A DNA stretch of 64,000 nucleotides from Caldilineaceae bacterium (GCA_963422415.1 OY729430.1:2517598-2581597), one strand, 5' to 3'. Counted from the stretch's first letter, positions 52,005 through 62,147 are shown. Translations and numbers: made by a program. The notes: generated by a model from the letters alone, not told the origin.

Positions 52005-53014
52005 CATATGCCATCAGGGCAGACAGCATGACTTTGCATGTAGGCATTCTGGGTGCAGGCCAAGCGGGAGCGCGCCACATCACGGGGTTTGCCGCATTGG
52101 GGAATGTACGGATTGACGCGGTGGCGGACCCGGACCCGGAACGGGCATATCGAGAAGCGTCCCGTTGCGGGGCAACGCCCTTTCAGGACTGGCGGGACCT
52201 CTTGGAAACTTCCACGGCATTGGATGCCGTGGTGGTGGCTCTGCCGCACCATCTGCATATGGAGGTCGCCTGCATGGCGGCGGCTCGTGGTCTGCACGTT
52301 CTAATGGAAAAACCCATGGGCACGACCGTGACCGAGGGTCTCAAGATAGTGGAAGCCTGCGATCAGGCCAAGGTCATGCTGATGGTCGGCTATGTCCACC
52401 GATTTCGGGAGGAGGCGCTCCGGGCTCGGGAGTGGATTGCCACCGGGCACATCGGCCTGCCGATCAACTGCGCGGAAACCATCGCCTCGCCCCGCGGTGC
52501 GCATCTGGGGACCTGGGTGAACGCGCCCGATCATGCAGGCGGCGGTGTCTTGCTGTATACGGGCATTCACGCGCTGGACCGTTTGTTGTGGCTGGTAGAT
52601 TCGCCGATAAGCAAGGTGTACGGGGCGATCCGGCGATTTTCCGCAGCCTCGCAGGTTGAGGAAACCGTGGCAGCCCTGCTGGAATTCACCAATCAAGCCA
52701 CGGCGACTTTCTCGGTCAATGGACCAACGTATCCCTGCGGCTTGACCGGCTGGCGCAGCGAGATATATGGAACCAAAGGAGTGATCCGGATTCAGGCCCG
52801 TCATTCCGTGGAAATCGCGAGTGCGGGGCTGGTACGACAGGTTGACGTAACGAACGTGGCCGCGAAAAGCGGTGTGCACTACAATTTCCAACGTCAGGCC
52901 CGGGCTTTTGTGAAAGCCATTCAACAGGGCATGGATTCGCCTATTCCCGGCCAAAGCGGCCTGTCTGCGCTGGAGGTTTGTCAGGCCATTTACCACAAGT
53001 CCCTGCCGGGTTGA
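52001..53014 (+). CDS. Gfo/Idh/MocA-family oxidoreductase
   Basis: LHVGILGAGQAGARH and LMEKPMG motifs. The start is GTG 52001 (overlapping the upstream stop) or ATG 52028. Confidence 0.85.
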   Translation: MTYAIRADSMTLHVGILGAGQAGARHITGFAALGNVRIDAVADPDPERAYREASRCGATPFQDWRDLLETSTALDAVVVALPHHLHMEVACMAAARGLHVLMEKPMGTTVTEGLKIVEACDQAKVMLMVGYVHRFREEALRAREWIATGHIGLPINCAETIASPRGAHLGTWVNAPDHAGGGVLLYTGIHALDRLLWLVDSPISKVYGAIRRFSAASQVEETVAALLEFTNQATATFSVNGPTYPCGLTGWRSEIYGTKGVIRIQARHSVEIASAGLVRQVDVTNVAAKSGVHYNFQRQARAFVKAIQQGMDSPIPGQSGLSALEVCQAIYHKSLPG

Positions 53015-53224
53015 ATCTCTAGGGAAACAGCTGGCCACGGCCCTGATTCCGAAACCAAGCAGCCATCACGTCATGTGACACCACACAGAGGAGTTGCGTG
53101 CCATATGACCTTTTCTGATTTCCCTTGCTTCTGAAGAACGAAGAGAAGCCGACAAGGGTTCAGTGACAGGGGCAGCAATCTGTCACGCAAGGCCAATAAG
53201 GCACGGACAGAAAACATCGACTCT

Positions 53225-54322
53225 ATGGAGGGATCAATGCCGTTGTTGGATCCGGATACAGACCTCAGTCACGACTCGGTGTCGCATGCGTTGCTGCAGC
53301 AACGGCCCATCATTGAATCCATGCTGCACCATCCTGCCTGCCAAGCCCTGCAGGGCTTGGCAGGATTGGTTCTGCACGGACGTTACATCACAGTGGAGAC
53401 GCGTGTGGACACCTCCAAATCGAGTGGGTTTCAGAGACGTCTGTCCGATATGGCGTGGGTCCTGACCGGCAAAGGCAGAAGAGTTCTGCTGATTGTGGAG
53501 CATCAATCCACAGATGCAGACATGTCGTTGCGGATGCTTGAATATGCCAAGAACGCCTTTCATGCCCATGGGGAATCACTGCAGGTTTCCACATTCCCTC
53601 TCCTTTTCTACACGGGACGGAAATCAAGCCGCGGCTGGTGGATGCCCCGCACGGATTCCCGCCAAGGCGACGACTGGTTTTGGAAAGCGGGACCCATCGT
53701 GGACGTGAACGATTTCCCCTTGCAAGACATGTACGCGGATTCGGAAAATCTGCCAAGGCCCAATCTGTTCAGCGGCATCATTGCCTTGCACCAGCTCTAT
53801 TGGAAACTGCAGGAGAGTGAGGATCTGGTTGAATCATATGGGTATTACAATATGATTGTGGAGGTGGCAAAGGTATGGCTGAAACCGTGTCTTGCTGAGG
53901 AAGATGGAGAACTGGGGCGCATTTTCGCCATCTGGATAGCGATCGGGATGAAGGATTTTCTGCAGGGCTATCCGCAGGGTCAGACGACCTTGGACCATCT
54001 GTCAACGCTGGATTTTGGGAAACTGGAGGCGAACATGATTGGATTGCAGGAAGTTGTAGACGGGATGTGGAAAGACGGTCACGCCAAAGGCCACGTGAAA
54101 GGCCACGTGAAAGGCTACAGGGAAGGCCACGTGGAAGGCCAGCTGGATATCCTGACTGACTTTGTGGCAAGACATTGGGGCGCCGAAGTCAGTGTGCAGT
54201 TCAGAGCGCGTCTGGAACAAGACCCCGGGATTCAATATCCCGATCTGAATACTTTGTATGGGCGGCTGGATGCAGGTCATGCACCACTGCCGGATGATCT
54301 CGGCTCCTTGGGACGCCGCTGA
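53225..54322 (+). CDS. Rpn-family recombination-promoting nuclease / putative transposase (PD-(D/E)XK) with a DUF4351-like tail
   Basis: LSHDSVSHALLQQRPIIESML..., LLIVEHQSTDADMSLRMLEYAKNAF, and a C-terminal GHAKGHVKGHVKGYREGHVEGQLDILTDFVARHWG. All are typical of this family. Confidence 0.7.
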   Translation: MEGSMPLLDPDTDLSHDSVSHALLQQRPIIESMLHHPACQALQGLAGLVLHGRYITVETRVDTSKSSGFQRRLSDMAWVLTGKGRRVLLIVEHQSTDADMSLRMLEYAKNAFHAHGESLQVSTFPLLFYTGRKSSRGWWMPRTDSRQGDDWFWKAGPIVDVNDFPLQDMYADSENLPRPNLFSGIIALHQLYWKLQESEDLVESYGYYNMIVEVAKVWLKPCLAEEDGELGRIFAIWIAIGMKDFLQGYPQGQTTLDHLSTLDFGKLEANMIGLQEVVDGMWKDGHAKGHVKGHVKGYREGHVEGQLDILTDFVARHWGAEVSVQFRARLEQDPGIQYPDLNTLYGRLDAGHAPLPDDLGSLGRR

Positions 54323-54564
54323 GCCGTAATCACGTGCAGCATGTCAGTCTGTGGTCATGAAGCAGACAACCTGATTTCTTCCACTGAGGTATTTCCCCAG
54401 ATTGTAGCTGTGCAGGCGTCGGCTCGATGATCTGCCGCCGAGTCTGGACGCCATGGCGGAACGTGCGAGAAGGAAAGCGACAGTCCTGCGTCGAAGCCAG
54501 TGCCACCGGGGCGGAGATATGGCACACTGGGACAAGGACAAGAGCCTGAAGAAGGGAATGGAGA

Positions 54565-55560
54565 ATGGAATACCGACAACTGGGCAGCAGTGGGTTTCGA
54601 GTGCCTGTCTTGGGACTGGGAGGCAATATCTTTGGGCGCCAAGGCGCCACGTCACACTTCACCGACCAGACGGAAACAGCCCGGATAGTGTTCAGGGCCC
54701 TAGACCTCGGCGCCAACTTCATTGACACCTCGGACAGCTATACAGGAGGCGATTCGGAACTGTTTCTGGGCCAGATTTTGGCGGGGCAACGGCACAAATT
54801 CATCATCGCCAGCAAGGTGGGATGGGAACCCAATCACAAGATCGCGGCGGGGTACCGAATGGGGCCCAATGAAGCCGGCCTGTCACGGGGACACATCATG
54901 AACGGCATTGACGGCACCTTGCGCCGACTGGACACGGATTATGTGGATCTGTATTACGCACACAAACCGGATCCCCATACTCCGTGGGAAGAGACACTCC
55001 GTGCATTCGACGATTTGGTGCGCATGGGCAAGGTCCGCTATGTGGCCTGTTCCAATTTCGCAGGATGGCACATCGCGGCCATGAGCGAGATTTCCGCCCA
55101 GCGCGGCTACACTCCCCTGATGGCCAGTCAGTCTCTCTACAATCTGTTCGATCGCCAGATTGAACGCGAGGTTCTTCCTGCCTGTCGGAGGTATAAACTG
55201 AGTGTGATGCCCTATTCTCCGCTAGCCCAAGGTGTGCTCACCGGCAAGTATAGGGCTGGTGAATCCGCACCCCGTGGCACTCGGGCCTACGGCAACACCA
55301 GTCCCCGCCTACGCGCCTACATGACCCCTGCACGCCTGGAAGCGATAGCGAATCTGGACCGTTGGTCCCAAGACCACGGGTATCGAGTGGCGGATCTGGC
55401 CTTGGCGTGGCTACTGGCCCAGCCCGGTGTAGCCTCGGTCGTCAATGCCGTGACCAGTGTGAAGCAACTGGAAGCGAACATCCGTGCCACCGGCTGGACA
55501 TTGACCGTAGCCCAGCTGGCGGAAGTAGCGGATCAGATTGATCCACTGGCAGACCGCTAG
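54565..55560 (+). CDS. Aldo/keto reductase
   Basis: MEYRQLGSSGFRVPVLGLGGNIFG, IDTSDSYTGG, LYYAHKPD. Confidence 0.9.
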   Translation: MEYRQLGSSGFRVPVLGLGGNIFGRQGATSHFTDQTETARIVFRALDLGANFIDTSDSYTGGDSELFLGQILAGQRHKFIIASKVGWEPNHKIAAGYRMGPNEAGLSRGHIMNGIDGTLRRLDTDYVDLYYAHKPDPHTPWEETLRAFDDLVRMGKVRYVACSNFAGWHIAAMSEISAQRGYTPLMASQSLYNLFDRQIEREVLPACRRYKLSVMPYSPLAQGVLTGKYRAGESAPRGTRAYGNTSPRLRAYMTPARLEAIANLDRWSQDHGYRVADLALAWLLAQPGVASVVNAVTSVKQLEANIRATGWTLTVAQLAEVADQIDPLADR

Positions 55561-55846
55561 CCTCGGGGATGAGGCCAAGACTGAACACAAGACCGGCAGG
55601 GCTCCGGTGACCGTATCTTGGATCGGGGATCATTCACGGCGCACGGGCATCTTTTGCCGCGGGCCTTAGGGAACACTCCCGTAGCGTCTGCGGAACACTG
55701 CACTTTGTGAAAACGAGAGGTTTCCGGCAAAGATCTGTCGGGGACCACGGAGTTGAGGGTTTTCTAGTGATGCGCTCACGGCGCGCATGACGCCGCCAAT
55801 CCCGCTGAAGCGGGAATAATCATCGACGGATTCCTGAAAACCATGA

Positions 55847-56512
55847 TCAGCGGAGAGCAGACCGGTCTCGGGCCTGAGCCAATTTGTCCCGCCAAAAGGC
55901 ATCCAACTCTGTCATCTGTTCCATTTGCACGGCCAATGCGGGATCATACATTTGATATACACAGCGATTGACCGCCTTCAGGGTCATGCCAGGATGGGGT
56001 CGTGCCATGAGATGCCAAGTATCTCCCGCCTCCACGACGCCTGTCTCTAGGACCTGAAGATAGAAACCTGTACGCAGTTCCTGGATGGTCAAGCGCACCC
56101 AGTCGCTGCGCCCCACGCGTTTCCCCTGTTTCTGGCAGGGAGTGCGCGGCTTGGAGACTTGGATCCGCGCGGTGCCGACATCGTAAACGTCCAACAGGCA
56201 AATCTCGTCTTCATGGGCATGCGCCAGAGTCCAGTTTTCACCCACCCCTCCCGGCTGCAGGGCTAAATCCAACTGCCTGTTCCAGAAAGCGTAATCTGCA
56301 AGCGTATGACAACAGACAGCCATGTTCGGATGCCCATGATGTTCCTTGTCCGTCACTTCGTCTCCGACCAATCCCCTCAATTCCAATTGCACAGGACCTG
56401 TGACTCGATTACGAAAAATGGAGGAACGCCAAGCGCCGCCGGGGCCGGAATGGATTTGGGGCTTCCCGATATGAATGGAATCGATCTGGATGTTGAAGGG
56501 TTGCTTGGCCAT
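55847..56512 (-). CDS. MOSC-domain protein
   Basis: The preferred start is MAKQPFNIQIDSIHIGKPQ. Motifs: VTDKEHHGHPNMAVC, GENWTL, VSKPRTPCQKQG (conserved Cys). Confidence 0.75.
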   Translation of the reverse strand: MAKQPFNIQIDSIHIGKPQIHSGPGGAWRSSIFRNRVTGPVQLELRGLVGDEVTDKEHHGHPNMAVCCHTLADYAFWNRQLDLALQPGGVGENWTLAHAHEDEICLLDVYDVGTARIQVSKPRTPCQKQGKRVGRSDWVRLTIQELRTGFYLQVLETGVVEAGDTWHLMARPHPGMTLKAVNRCVYQMYDPALAVQMEQMTELDAFWRDKLAQARDRSALR

Positions 56513-57006
56513 GAACGCCTCTGCCGGTCCATCTTGACTGTGGCTCGTCCCGTGCGGAGCACCGTCCCATTCTATCGCCACCGTGGACTTTCCAGTTCAT
56601 CATGGCCGGAGCGGGAAAGGGCATGCCCAACCGCGCGGCAGGAGGTGAAGCAGGGTCAGGCGGAATCAAGACAGAGAGAACAGGTTTGACAGCAGGCCTG
56701 TGACCCGAACCAGGTTTGAATTTGCAGTGGCGTCTCTTCGAAGTGTCCTCCGATGTCGGTTGCGCGGACAGCGACCCGTGCGCACAGCAGGTGTTCATTT
56801 CGGAAGCAGTCCTTGACAAGACATTGAACTTGAACGTTAGGGTCGTTCGCGTGGCAAGGGCGGCCCGCGTTCATTGGCTCTCCCCAAGGGAGTTTGCAGG
56901 TCTGGGCAAGGGTGATAGGATGCACTATGGCTACAGGGGCATCCCTGCAGGGAACCCGAGCCCGATGGCAGAAAGGCACGGCCCTTCGATTTCCAAGGAG
57001 ATTCAC

Positions 57007-58413
57007 ATGAGGAACAGAGCAAGAATTTCACGGCGCACCTTTCTGAAAGGAGCCGTGTGGAGCGCATCGGGACTGGTTCTGGCAGCTTGCGTCACGCCGA
57101 CCGCTACCACCCCCGCAGCCATGGGAGAGGCTACGACCATGGCGGAACCAGTGGACATAGATGTATGGACGGGATGGACAGAAGGCGCAGCCGACAAGAT
57201 TGAACAGATCCTGGAAGGTTACAACGAATCTCAGTCCAAGGTCCGCGCTCATCACGTGGTAGTGCCCGGGGGCAGCGGCACCATGATGCAAAAGCTGTTG
57301 GCAGGCATTGCCGCCAACGAAGGACCTACCACGGCCGTCGTGTTCGGAGCCGACAAGGCGTATCAATTGGCCGCCAACAACGCGTTGTTGGCCTTGGATG
57401 AGTTGGGCGATCCGGCCCAGGTGCAGATCTTGCGAGATTGGATGCACCCAGCCATCTGGGACCTGGGCGAATACGAAGGCGGGTTCTACTATGCCAGCAT
57501 GTGGAATCAGTCGATCGGCACATTCGTGAATCTGGACTTGGCCGAAGCCGCGGGTGTAGACGTGGACAGCCCTCCCCAGACGCTTGAAGAACAGATCGAT
57601 GTCTGGGAACGGCTGACGACCTACGACGACCAAGGCAACATTGAGATACTCGGCGGCGACTTCAACTGGGACGCCATGATCCTGGGTCGTTACCATGGCC
57701 AGTTCATAGCGGATGGCACTACCATCACGGCCAATCACCCCAACAACGTCAAGGCTCTGGAATGGAACGTAGCGGTTTGGGAGCGGTTTGGAATTGAAAA
57801 GATGCAGGTCTACCAAGCCTCATTGCAGGGCGCGGGAGGTCGATCGCGGGGACTGGCTCCCTTCCTGGCCGGTGTGCGGGCGACGGAAACGACGGGGCCT
57901 TGGCGCTGGAACTCGCTCCGCGACTATGCCTCCGAAGACTTCCGATACACCGTCTGGCCCTTCCCCAGTCCCGCGGGCTATACAGAGCAAGGCATGTATA
58001 CCTATGGAGATGGCTGGATCGTGCCGGTCACCGCTCCAGAGCCGGAAGCGGCCTGGGAAATCATCAGCGTCATGACCGGCGCCACCGGCGATCGAGACAC
58101 CTACACTTCACTATTCGTCACGTGGTTGTGCGTCAACAATCCGGTGTCGGAGGGCATGAAGGATCATCCCAAGTTCAAGGACGAAGTCATCAGTCAGTGC
58201 CCTGGCTATGTGGATATCTTCATGGATGATCTGTACAACTCCGACCATTACCTGTATCCAGCCAAGTTGCCCACCAGTTCGTCGTTTGCGCAGTTGCTGG
58301 GAACCGAGTGGCAAAAAGCCTATCAAGGGGAAAAGTCGGCGCAGGAAGCCTTGGACTTCGTACAGGAAGAAGCCCAGAAGGAACTGGACCTCTGGCTGGA
58401 GCAGTCCGCGTAG
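57007..58413 (+). CDS. Sugar ABC transporter substrate-binding lipoprotein (family 1, CUT1-like) with a Tat-type signal
   Basis: Start set at MRNRARISRRTFLKGAVWSASGLVLAAC (twin-Arg motif plus lipobox). The ORF-track N-terminal extension (56716) has no support. Confidence 0.85.
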   Translation: MRNRARISRRTFLKGAVWSASGLVLAACVTPTATTPAAMGEATTMAEPVDIDVWTGWTEGAADKIEQILEGYNESQSKVRAHHVVVPGGSGTMMQKLLAGIAANEGPTTAVVFGADKAYQLAANNALLALDELGDPAQVQILRDWMHPAIWDLGEYEGGFYYASMWNQSIGTFVNLDLAEAAGVDVDSPPQTLEEQIDVWERLTTYDDQGNIEILGGDFNWDAMILGRYHGQFIADGTTITANHPNNVKALEWNVAVWERFGIEKMQVYQASLQGAGGRSRGLAPFLAGVRATETTGPWRWNSLRDYASEDFRYTVWPFPSPAGYTEQGMYTYGDGWIVPVTAPEPEAAWEIISVMTGATGDRDTYTSLFVTWLCVNNPVSEGMKDHPKFKDEVISQCPGYVDIFMDDLYNSDHYLYPAKLPTSSSFAQLLGTEWQKAYQGEKSAQEALDFVQEEAQKELDLWLEQSA

Positions 58414-58431
58414 CGCCTAGACTGTCATGAC

Positions 58432-58465
58432 CTTGCGCCGTGTCCGTGCTGGATCACGGCGCAAG
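58432..58465 (+). promoter_or_regulatory. Intercistronic stem-loop after the SBP gene (11-bp stem, no U tract)
   Basis: CTTGCGCCGTG (58432-58442) pairs with CACGGCGCAAG (58455-58465). Self-complementary GGCCGGCC-rich sequence follows. Confidence 0.4.
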
Positions 58466-58575
58466 CGCTTCCGGCCGGCGCAGCCTGGAGGGCTTGCATG
58501 GGGCCGGCCGGTCCGTTGATGGGCCGGCCGGCGCTCTCGCAGCACAATTCGAAATCTGTTCCATTCTGAACGGCC

Positions 58576-59475
58576 TTGCCCTTGACTATCTCGGACGGCA
58601 TCGCACCGCGTAAAGAACGCCACTCCTTGGCTCGGCGTTCCTTGCGCATGGAGCGTTGGGGTCTGGAGTTCAGCAAGTACCTGATACTGGGGCTGTTCGC
58701 GTTGTTTTTTCTGATACCTTGGGCCTGGATGATTTCCACCTCGCTCAAGAATGCAGAGGAATTGTCTTTGCATCCTCCCATCTGGATCCCGGAACCAATT
58801 CGGTGGGACAACTACGTCACGGCCTTTCAAGAGGGCTCCTTGGGACGCTTCCTGTGGAACACCGTGGTGGTCACCGTACCTTCCGTCATTGGCGCCGTGC
58901 TCGCCAATTCCCTTATCGCCTATGGTTTTGCCCGCATTCAATGGCCAGGGCGCGACTCGATATTCGCCATCGTGCTGGCCACCTTGATCTTGCCTGACTT
59001 TGTCACTTTCATTCCTCTCTACTTGATCTTCCGTGACCTTGGCTGGCTCAACACCTATGCCCCCTTGATCGTGCCCATTTTTCTGGGGAGTCCCTTCTTC
59101 ATCTTTCTGCTGCGCCAGTTCTTTATGGGCTTGCCGGCCGAGTTGTCGGACGCCGCCCATGTGGATGGCGCTTCCGAACTTCTGATATTTCTGCAAATCA
59201 TTCTGCCACTGGCCATGCCGGCCTTGGCCGTCGTGGCCCTGTTCCAATTCATCGGCAGTTGGAACGACTATTTCGGCCCCTTGATTTACCTCAGCGACAT
59301 TGAGAAGTACACCATCTCGCTGGGCATAGCCAACATGGAATCCTCCTACGGATTTTCCAATTTCGCCTGGATCATGGCGGCCACCATCATGAGTGTCCTG
59401 CCCATCGTCGTGCTCTTCTTCTTTGCGCAACGCACCTTCATCGAGGGTATCGCCTTGACGGGACTGAAAGGATAG
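58576..59475 (+). CDS. Carbohydrate ABC transporter permease (MalG-like)
   Basis: EAA loop LPAELSDAAHVDGASELLIFLQIILPLAMPAL. The start could be the internal MERWGLEFSKY (58648). Confidence 0.85.
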   Translation: MPLTISDGIAPRKERHSLARRSLRMERWGLEFSKYLILGLFALFFLIPWAWMISTSLKNAEELSLHPPIWIPEPIRWDNYVTAFQEGSLGRFLWNTVVVTVPSVIGAVLANSLIAYGFARIQWPGRDSIFAIVLATLILPDFVTFIPLYLIFRDLGWLNTYAPLIVPIFLGSPFFIFLLRQFFMGLPAELSDAAHVDGASELLIFLQIILPLAMPALAVVALFQFIGSWNDYFGPLIYLSDIEKYTISLGIANMESSYGFSNFAWIMAATIMSVLPIVVLFFFAQRTFIEGIALTGLKG

Positions 59476-60396
59476 GTGATCATGGCCGTTTCCTCCTCTT
59501 TCCGGTTCTCCAGCTCCCGCGATCGACGTCGCCTGATCACCGGCCTGCTTTTCATTTCGCCCTGGATTCTGGGCTTCCTGCTGTTTCGGGTCTATCCGTT
59601 CGTCGCTTCGCTGTATTACAGTTTCACCTTCTATCCCGTCTTGCAGAGCCCAAAGTGGATCGGAATCCGGAATTATTTCAATCTCTTCGATGATCCTCGA
59701 TTCCTGACCTCGCTTTGGAACAGTTCCTACTACGCCATTGGCGCTGTCCCGTTGGGCGCTCTCTTCGGGATTCTCCTGGCCATGCTTCTCAACATGCGCG
59801 TCCGGGGGCTGTCCATGTTTCGGACCGTCTTCTTCTTGCCCAGCATCACGCCCATCGTAGCCGCGGCCATTGTGTGGCTGTGGATGTTCAATCCGCGGAT
59901 CGGCATCATCAACTACTTTCTTTCGCTGGTGGGTGTGCAGGGGCCTGCTTGGATGGGTGATCCGCAGTGGGCCAAGGCGGCCCTGATTCTCATGAGCGTG
60001 TGGAGCGTGGGCAATGCCGTCGTGATTTATCTGGCCGCGTTGCAGGACGTTCCCCGCGAGTTGCTGGAGGCGGCCGCCTTGGATGGGGCCAAGGCGCTGC
60101 AGCGCATATGGCACGTTACCTTGCCGATGATCAGTCCGGTCATTCTCTTCAATGTCATCGTGGGCCTGATCGCCGCATTCCAGTTGTTCACCCAGGTGCA
60201 CGTGATGACGGACGGGCAGGGCAGTCCCGCGGACTCCACACTCATGATGTCAATCTACCTCTTTCAATCGGCCTTCCTGTTCTTCAAGATGGGGTATGCC
60301 TCCGCCCAAGCCTGGATTCTCTTTCTCATCATTGTGCTCTTTACCCTGCTGCTTTTTCGCGTTTCGGGCCGCCTCGTGTACTACGGAGGTCGTTGA
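59476..60396 (+). CDS. Carbohydrate ABC transporter permease (MalF-like)
   Basis: ITGLLFISPWILGFLLFRVYP and the EAA loop RELLEAAALDGAKALQRIWHVTLP. GTG 59476 or ATG 59482 start. Confidence 0.85.
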   Translation: MIMAVSSSFRFSSSRDRRRLITGLLFISPWILGFLLFRVYPFVASLYYSFTFYPVLQSPKWIGIRNYFNLFDDPRFLTSLWNSSYYAIGAVPLGALFGILLAMLLNMRVRGLSMFRTVFFLPSITPIVAAAIVWLWMFNPRIGIINYFLSLVGVQGPAWMGDPQWAKAALILMSVWSVGNAVVIYLAALQDVPRELLEAAALDGAKALQRIWHVTLPMISPVILFNVIVGLIAAFQLFTQVHVMTDGQGSPADSTLMMSIYLFQSAFLFFKMGYASAQAWILFLIIVLFTLLLFRVSGRLVYYGGR

Positions 60397-60468
60397 TCCG
60401 GTTCGAGTGGGAAGAATGCGATTCAGGCCGCTCGCCGTCGAATCTCTTGCTGACTGAAGATTTGCAGC

Positions 60469-62142
60469 TTACGCTTCCTCTCCGCCGATCCAACCATAGT
60501 CACGCCGGGCGCGTTCCGTCGAAATGAAACCAGCCTCCAGATCCCGCTGGATTTGGTCTGGGTCTCGTTCCGTCACAGAGCCGAATCCACCGCCGCCCGG
60601 CATACGCAGTTCGATTTCATCGCCGGGTTGCAGATCCAAAGGCGGAAAACGCGTGATCGGCCGGCCATTCCATCGGACCTCTCCGACCACGCCGGGCGCG
60701 CCGCCCGCAAGACCTGGAGGAGCGCAAAACATCTTGTCGGGCCGCACGCGGCCCTGAATGGGGACCCGGGCAATGTTCTTGAAGGTCATGCGCTGTCCAA
60801 TTCCGCCGCGCTGGCGGCCCGCCCCTGCCGAATCCATTCGATATTCCTTGTGAAGAATGAGAATGGGAGCCTGGGTTTCCATGATCTCGATGGGTGTCAC
60901 CGAGCTGTTGTGCGGAAAGGCAATGGGAGGCATGCCGTCCAGCCCCTGCATGGCGCCCCGACCTCCATGGGGCAGGCAGCTCACGGCAAAGGCACCGTAT
61001 TCTTCCAGATCGCCATGCACCGAGAACGGCCAGATGGAGCCGCTGCCGGCTTGGGCGTGCTCCCCGAGAATGGGCCAGACCGCGCCGAACAGGACCTGAT
61101 TGATGTTGTTCGTGACCTTGGCCCGCGCCTGTACGGGAAAGGTGTCGTCGCAGTTCAGAATGCAACCTTGGGGCGCCGTGACATGGATGGGCTGGAATAG
61201 TCCCTGATTGTTGGGTATCTGCGGCGCCAAGGAACACTTGAAGGGATACATGGTGGAGGCAAAGGTAGTGTTGTAGACACAGTTGATTGAGCCGGCCCGG
61301 GTTTGCGGGGATGTGCCGGCATAGTCCACGAAGATGTCGTCGCCCTGAATGCAAACGGTGGCATGGAGATGCACGATGTCAATGTAGCCGTCAATGTCAA
61401 GACCAAACTCATATGCTCCATCGGGCAACTCCCGAATGCGGTGGCGCATCAGGGCTTCGGATCGGCTATGGATGACCTGGGCGAGGCGACTTAGATCCGA
61501 CATTTCGTAGTCGTCCAGAAATTCGCGCAGCCGTCGCACGCCAATGTGATGGGTCCCCACGATGGCCCGAATGTCACCCAGCACCAGATTGGGCACCCGG
61601 CAGTTGTTGCCGATGACTTCAAGGAGAAATTCGTTTGGCATCCCTTGGGCAAACAGCTTACAGGGGGGAATGCGGATGCCCTCCGTGAAGACATCGTGGG
61701 CTTCAATATCCCCCCGATGCCCCCCCACATCGGAAAGATGAGCCACGGTCCCCATGAACGCGACGGGCTTGCCATCATGGAACACCGGTGTCAACAGCAC
61801 ATAATCGGGCAGATGCCCCGTGCCAATCCACGGATCGTTGGTGCACAGCACATCCCCTTCCCGAAGAGTCTCCAGCGGATGGGTCTGCAGCAGGCGCCGC
61901 GCCGTACGGGGCAGGACCACACAGAAGTTAGGTGGCGAAAAACGAGACTGGCACAGGGAATTCCCATTCTGATCCACCAAGATGCAGGCGAAGTCGCGGC
62001 TTTCGCCCACGATGGTGGAAAATGAGGTCTTGACCGTGGCGAAATCAATCTCGTCCATGATCGAGATCAGCCGTTGCCACTGGATCTCCAAGCTGACGGA
62101 ATCAATATCCGCAGGGGGGGCAGGGGGAGTCTGTCGTGACAT
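60469..62142 (-). CDS. Hydantoinase B / oxoprolinase-family protein (second HyuB paralogue, no HyuA nearby)
   Basis: VSLEIQWQRLISIMDEIDFATVKTSFSTIVGESRDFACILVD, NDPWIGTGHLPDYVLLTPVF, RMPGGGGFG. Roughly 60% identical by eye to the 46305 gene over the N-terminal 200 aa. Confidence 0.85.
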   Translation of the reverse strand: MSRQTPPAPPADIDSVSLEIQWQRLISIMDEIDFATVKTSFSTIVGESRDFACILVDQNGNSLCQSRFSPPNFCVVLPRTARRLLQTHPLETLREGDVLCTNDPWIGTGHLPDYVLLTPVFHDGKPVAFMGTVAHLSDVGGHRGDIEAHDVFTEGIRIPPCKLFAQGMPNEFLLEVIGNNCRVPNLVLGDIRAIVGTHHIGVRRLREFLDDYEMSDLSRLAQVIHSRSEALMRHRIRELPDGAYEFGLDIDGYIDIVHLHATVCIQGDDIFVDYAGTSPQTRAGSINCVYNTTFASTMYPFKCSLAPQIPNNQGLFQPIHVTAPQGCILNCDDTFPVQARAKVTNNINQVLFGAVWPILGEHAQAGSGSIWPFSVHGDLEEYGAFAVSCLPHGGRGAMQGLDGMPPIAFPHNSSVTPIEIMETQAPILILHKEYRMDSAGAGRQRGGIGQRMTFKNIARVPIQGRVRPDKMFCAPPGLAGGAPGVVGEVRWNGRPITRFPPLDLQPGDEIELRMPGGGGFGSVTERDPDQIQRDLEAGFISTERARRDYGWIGGEEA

Positions 62143-62147
62143 GGAAG

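Noticed and set aside
56716-57006. N-terminal extension of the CUT1 SBP ORF, and likewise 43285-43497, 41557-41631, 49393-49431 and 50760-50840 for their genes
   Set aside because: The internal starts give canonical N-termini (Tat/lipobox signal, Rossmann fold, creatinase N-domain and so on), remove overlaps with neighbouring genes, and in two cases have visible SD motifs.
58417-60201. 594-aa minus-strand ORF
   Set aside because: It is antisense to two ABC permease genes that have clear EAA loops. Its translation is a hydrophilic, low-complexity (G/Q/D/H/R-rich) string typical of the reverse frame of membrane-protein genes in high-GC DNA.
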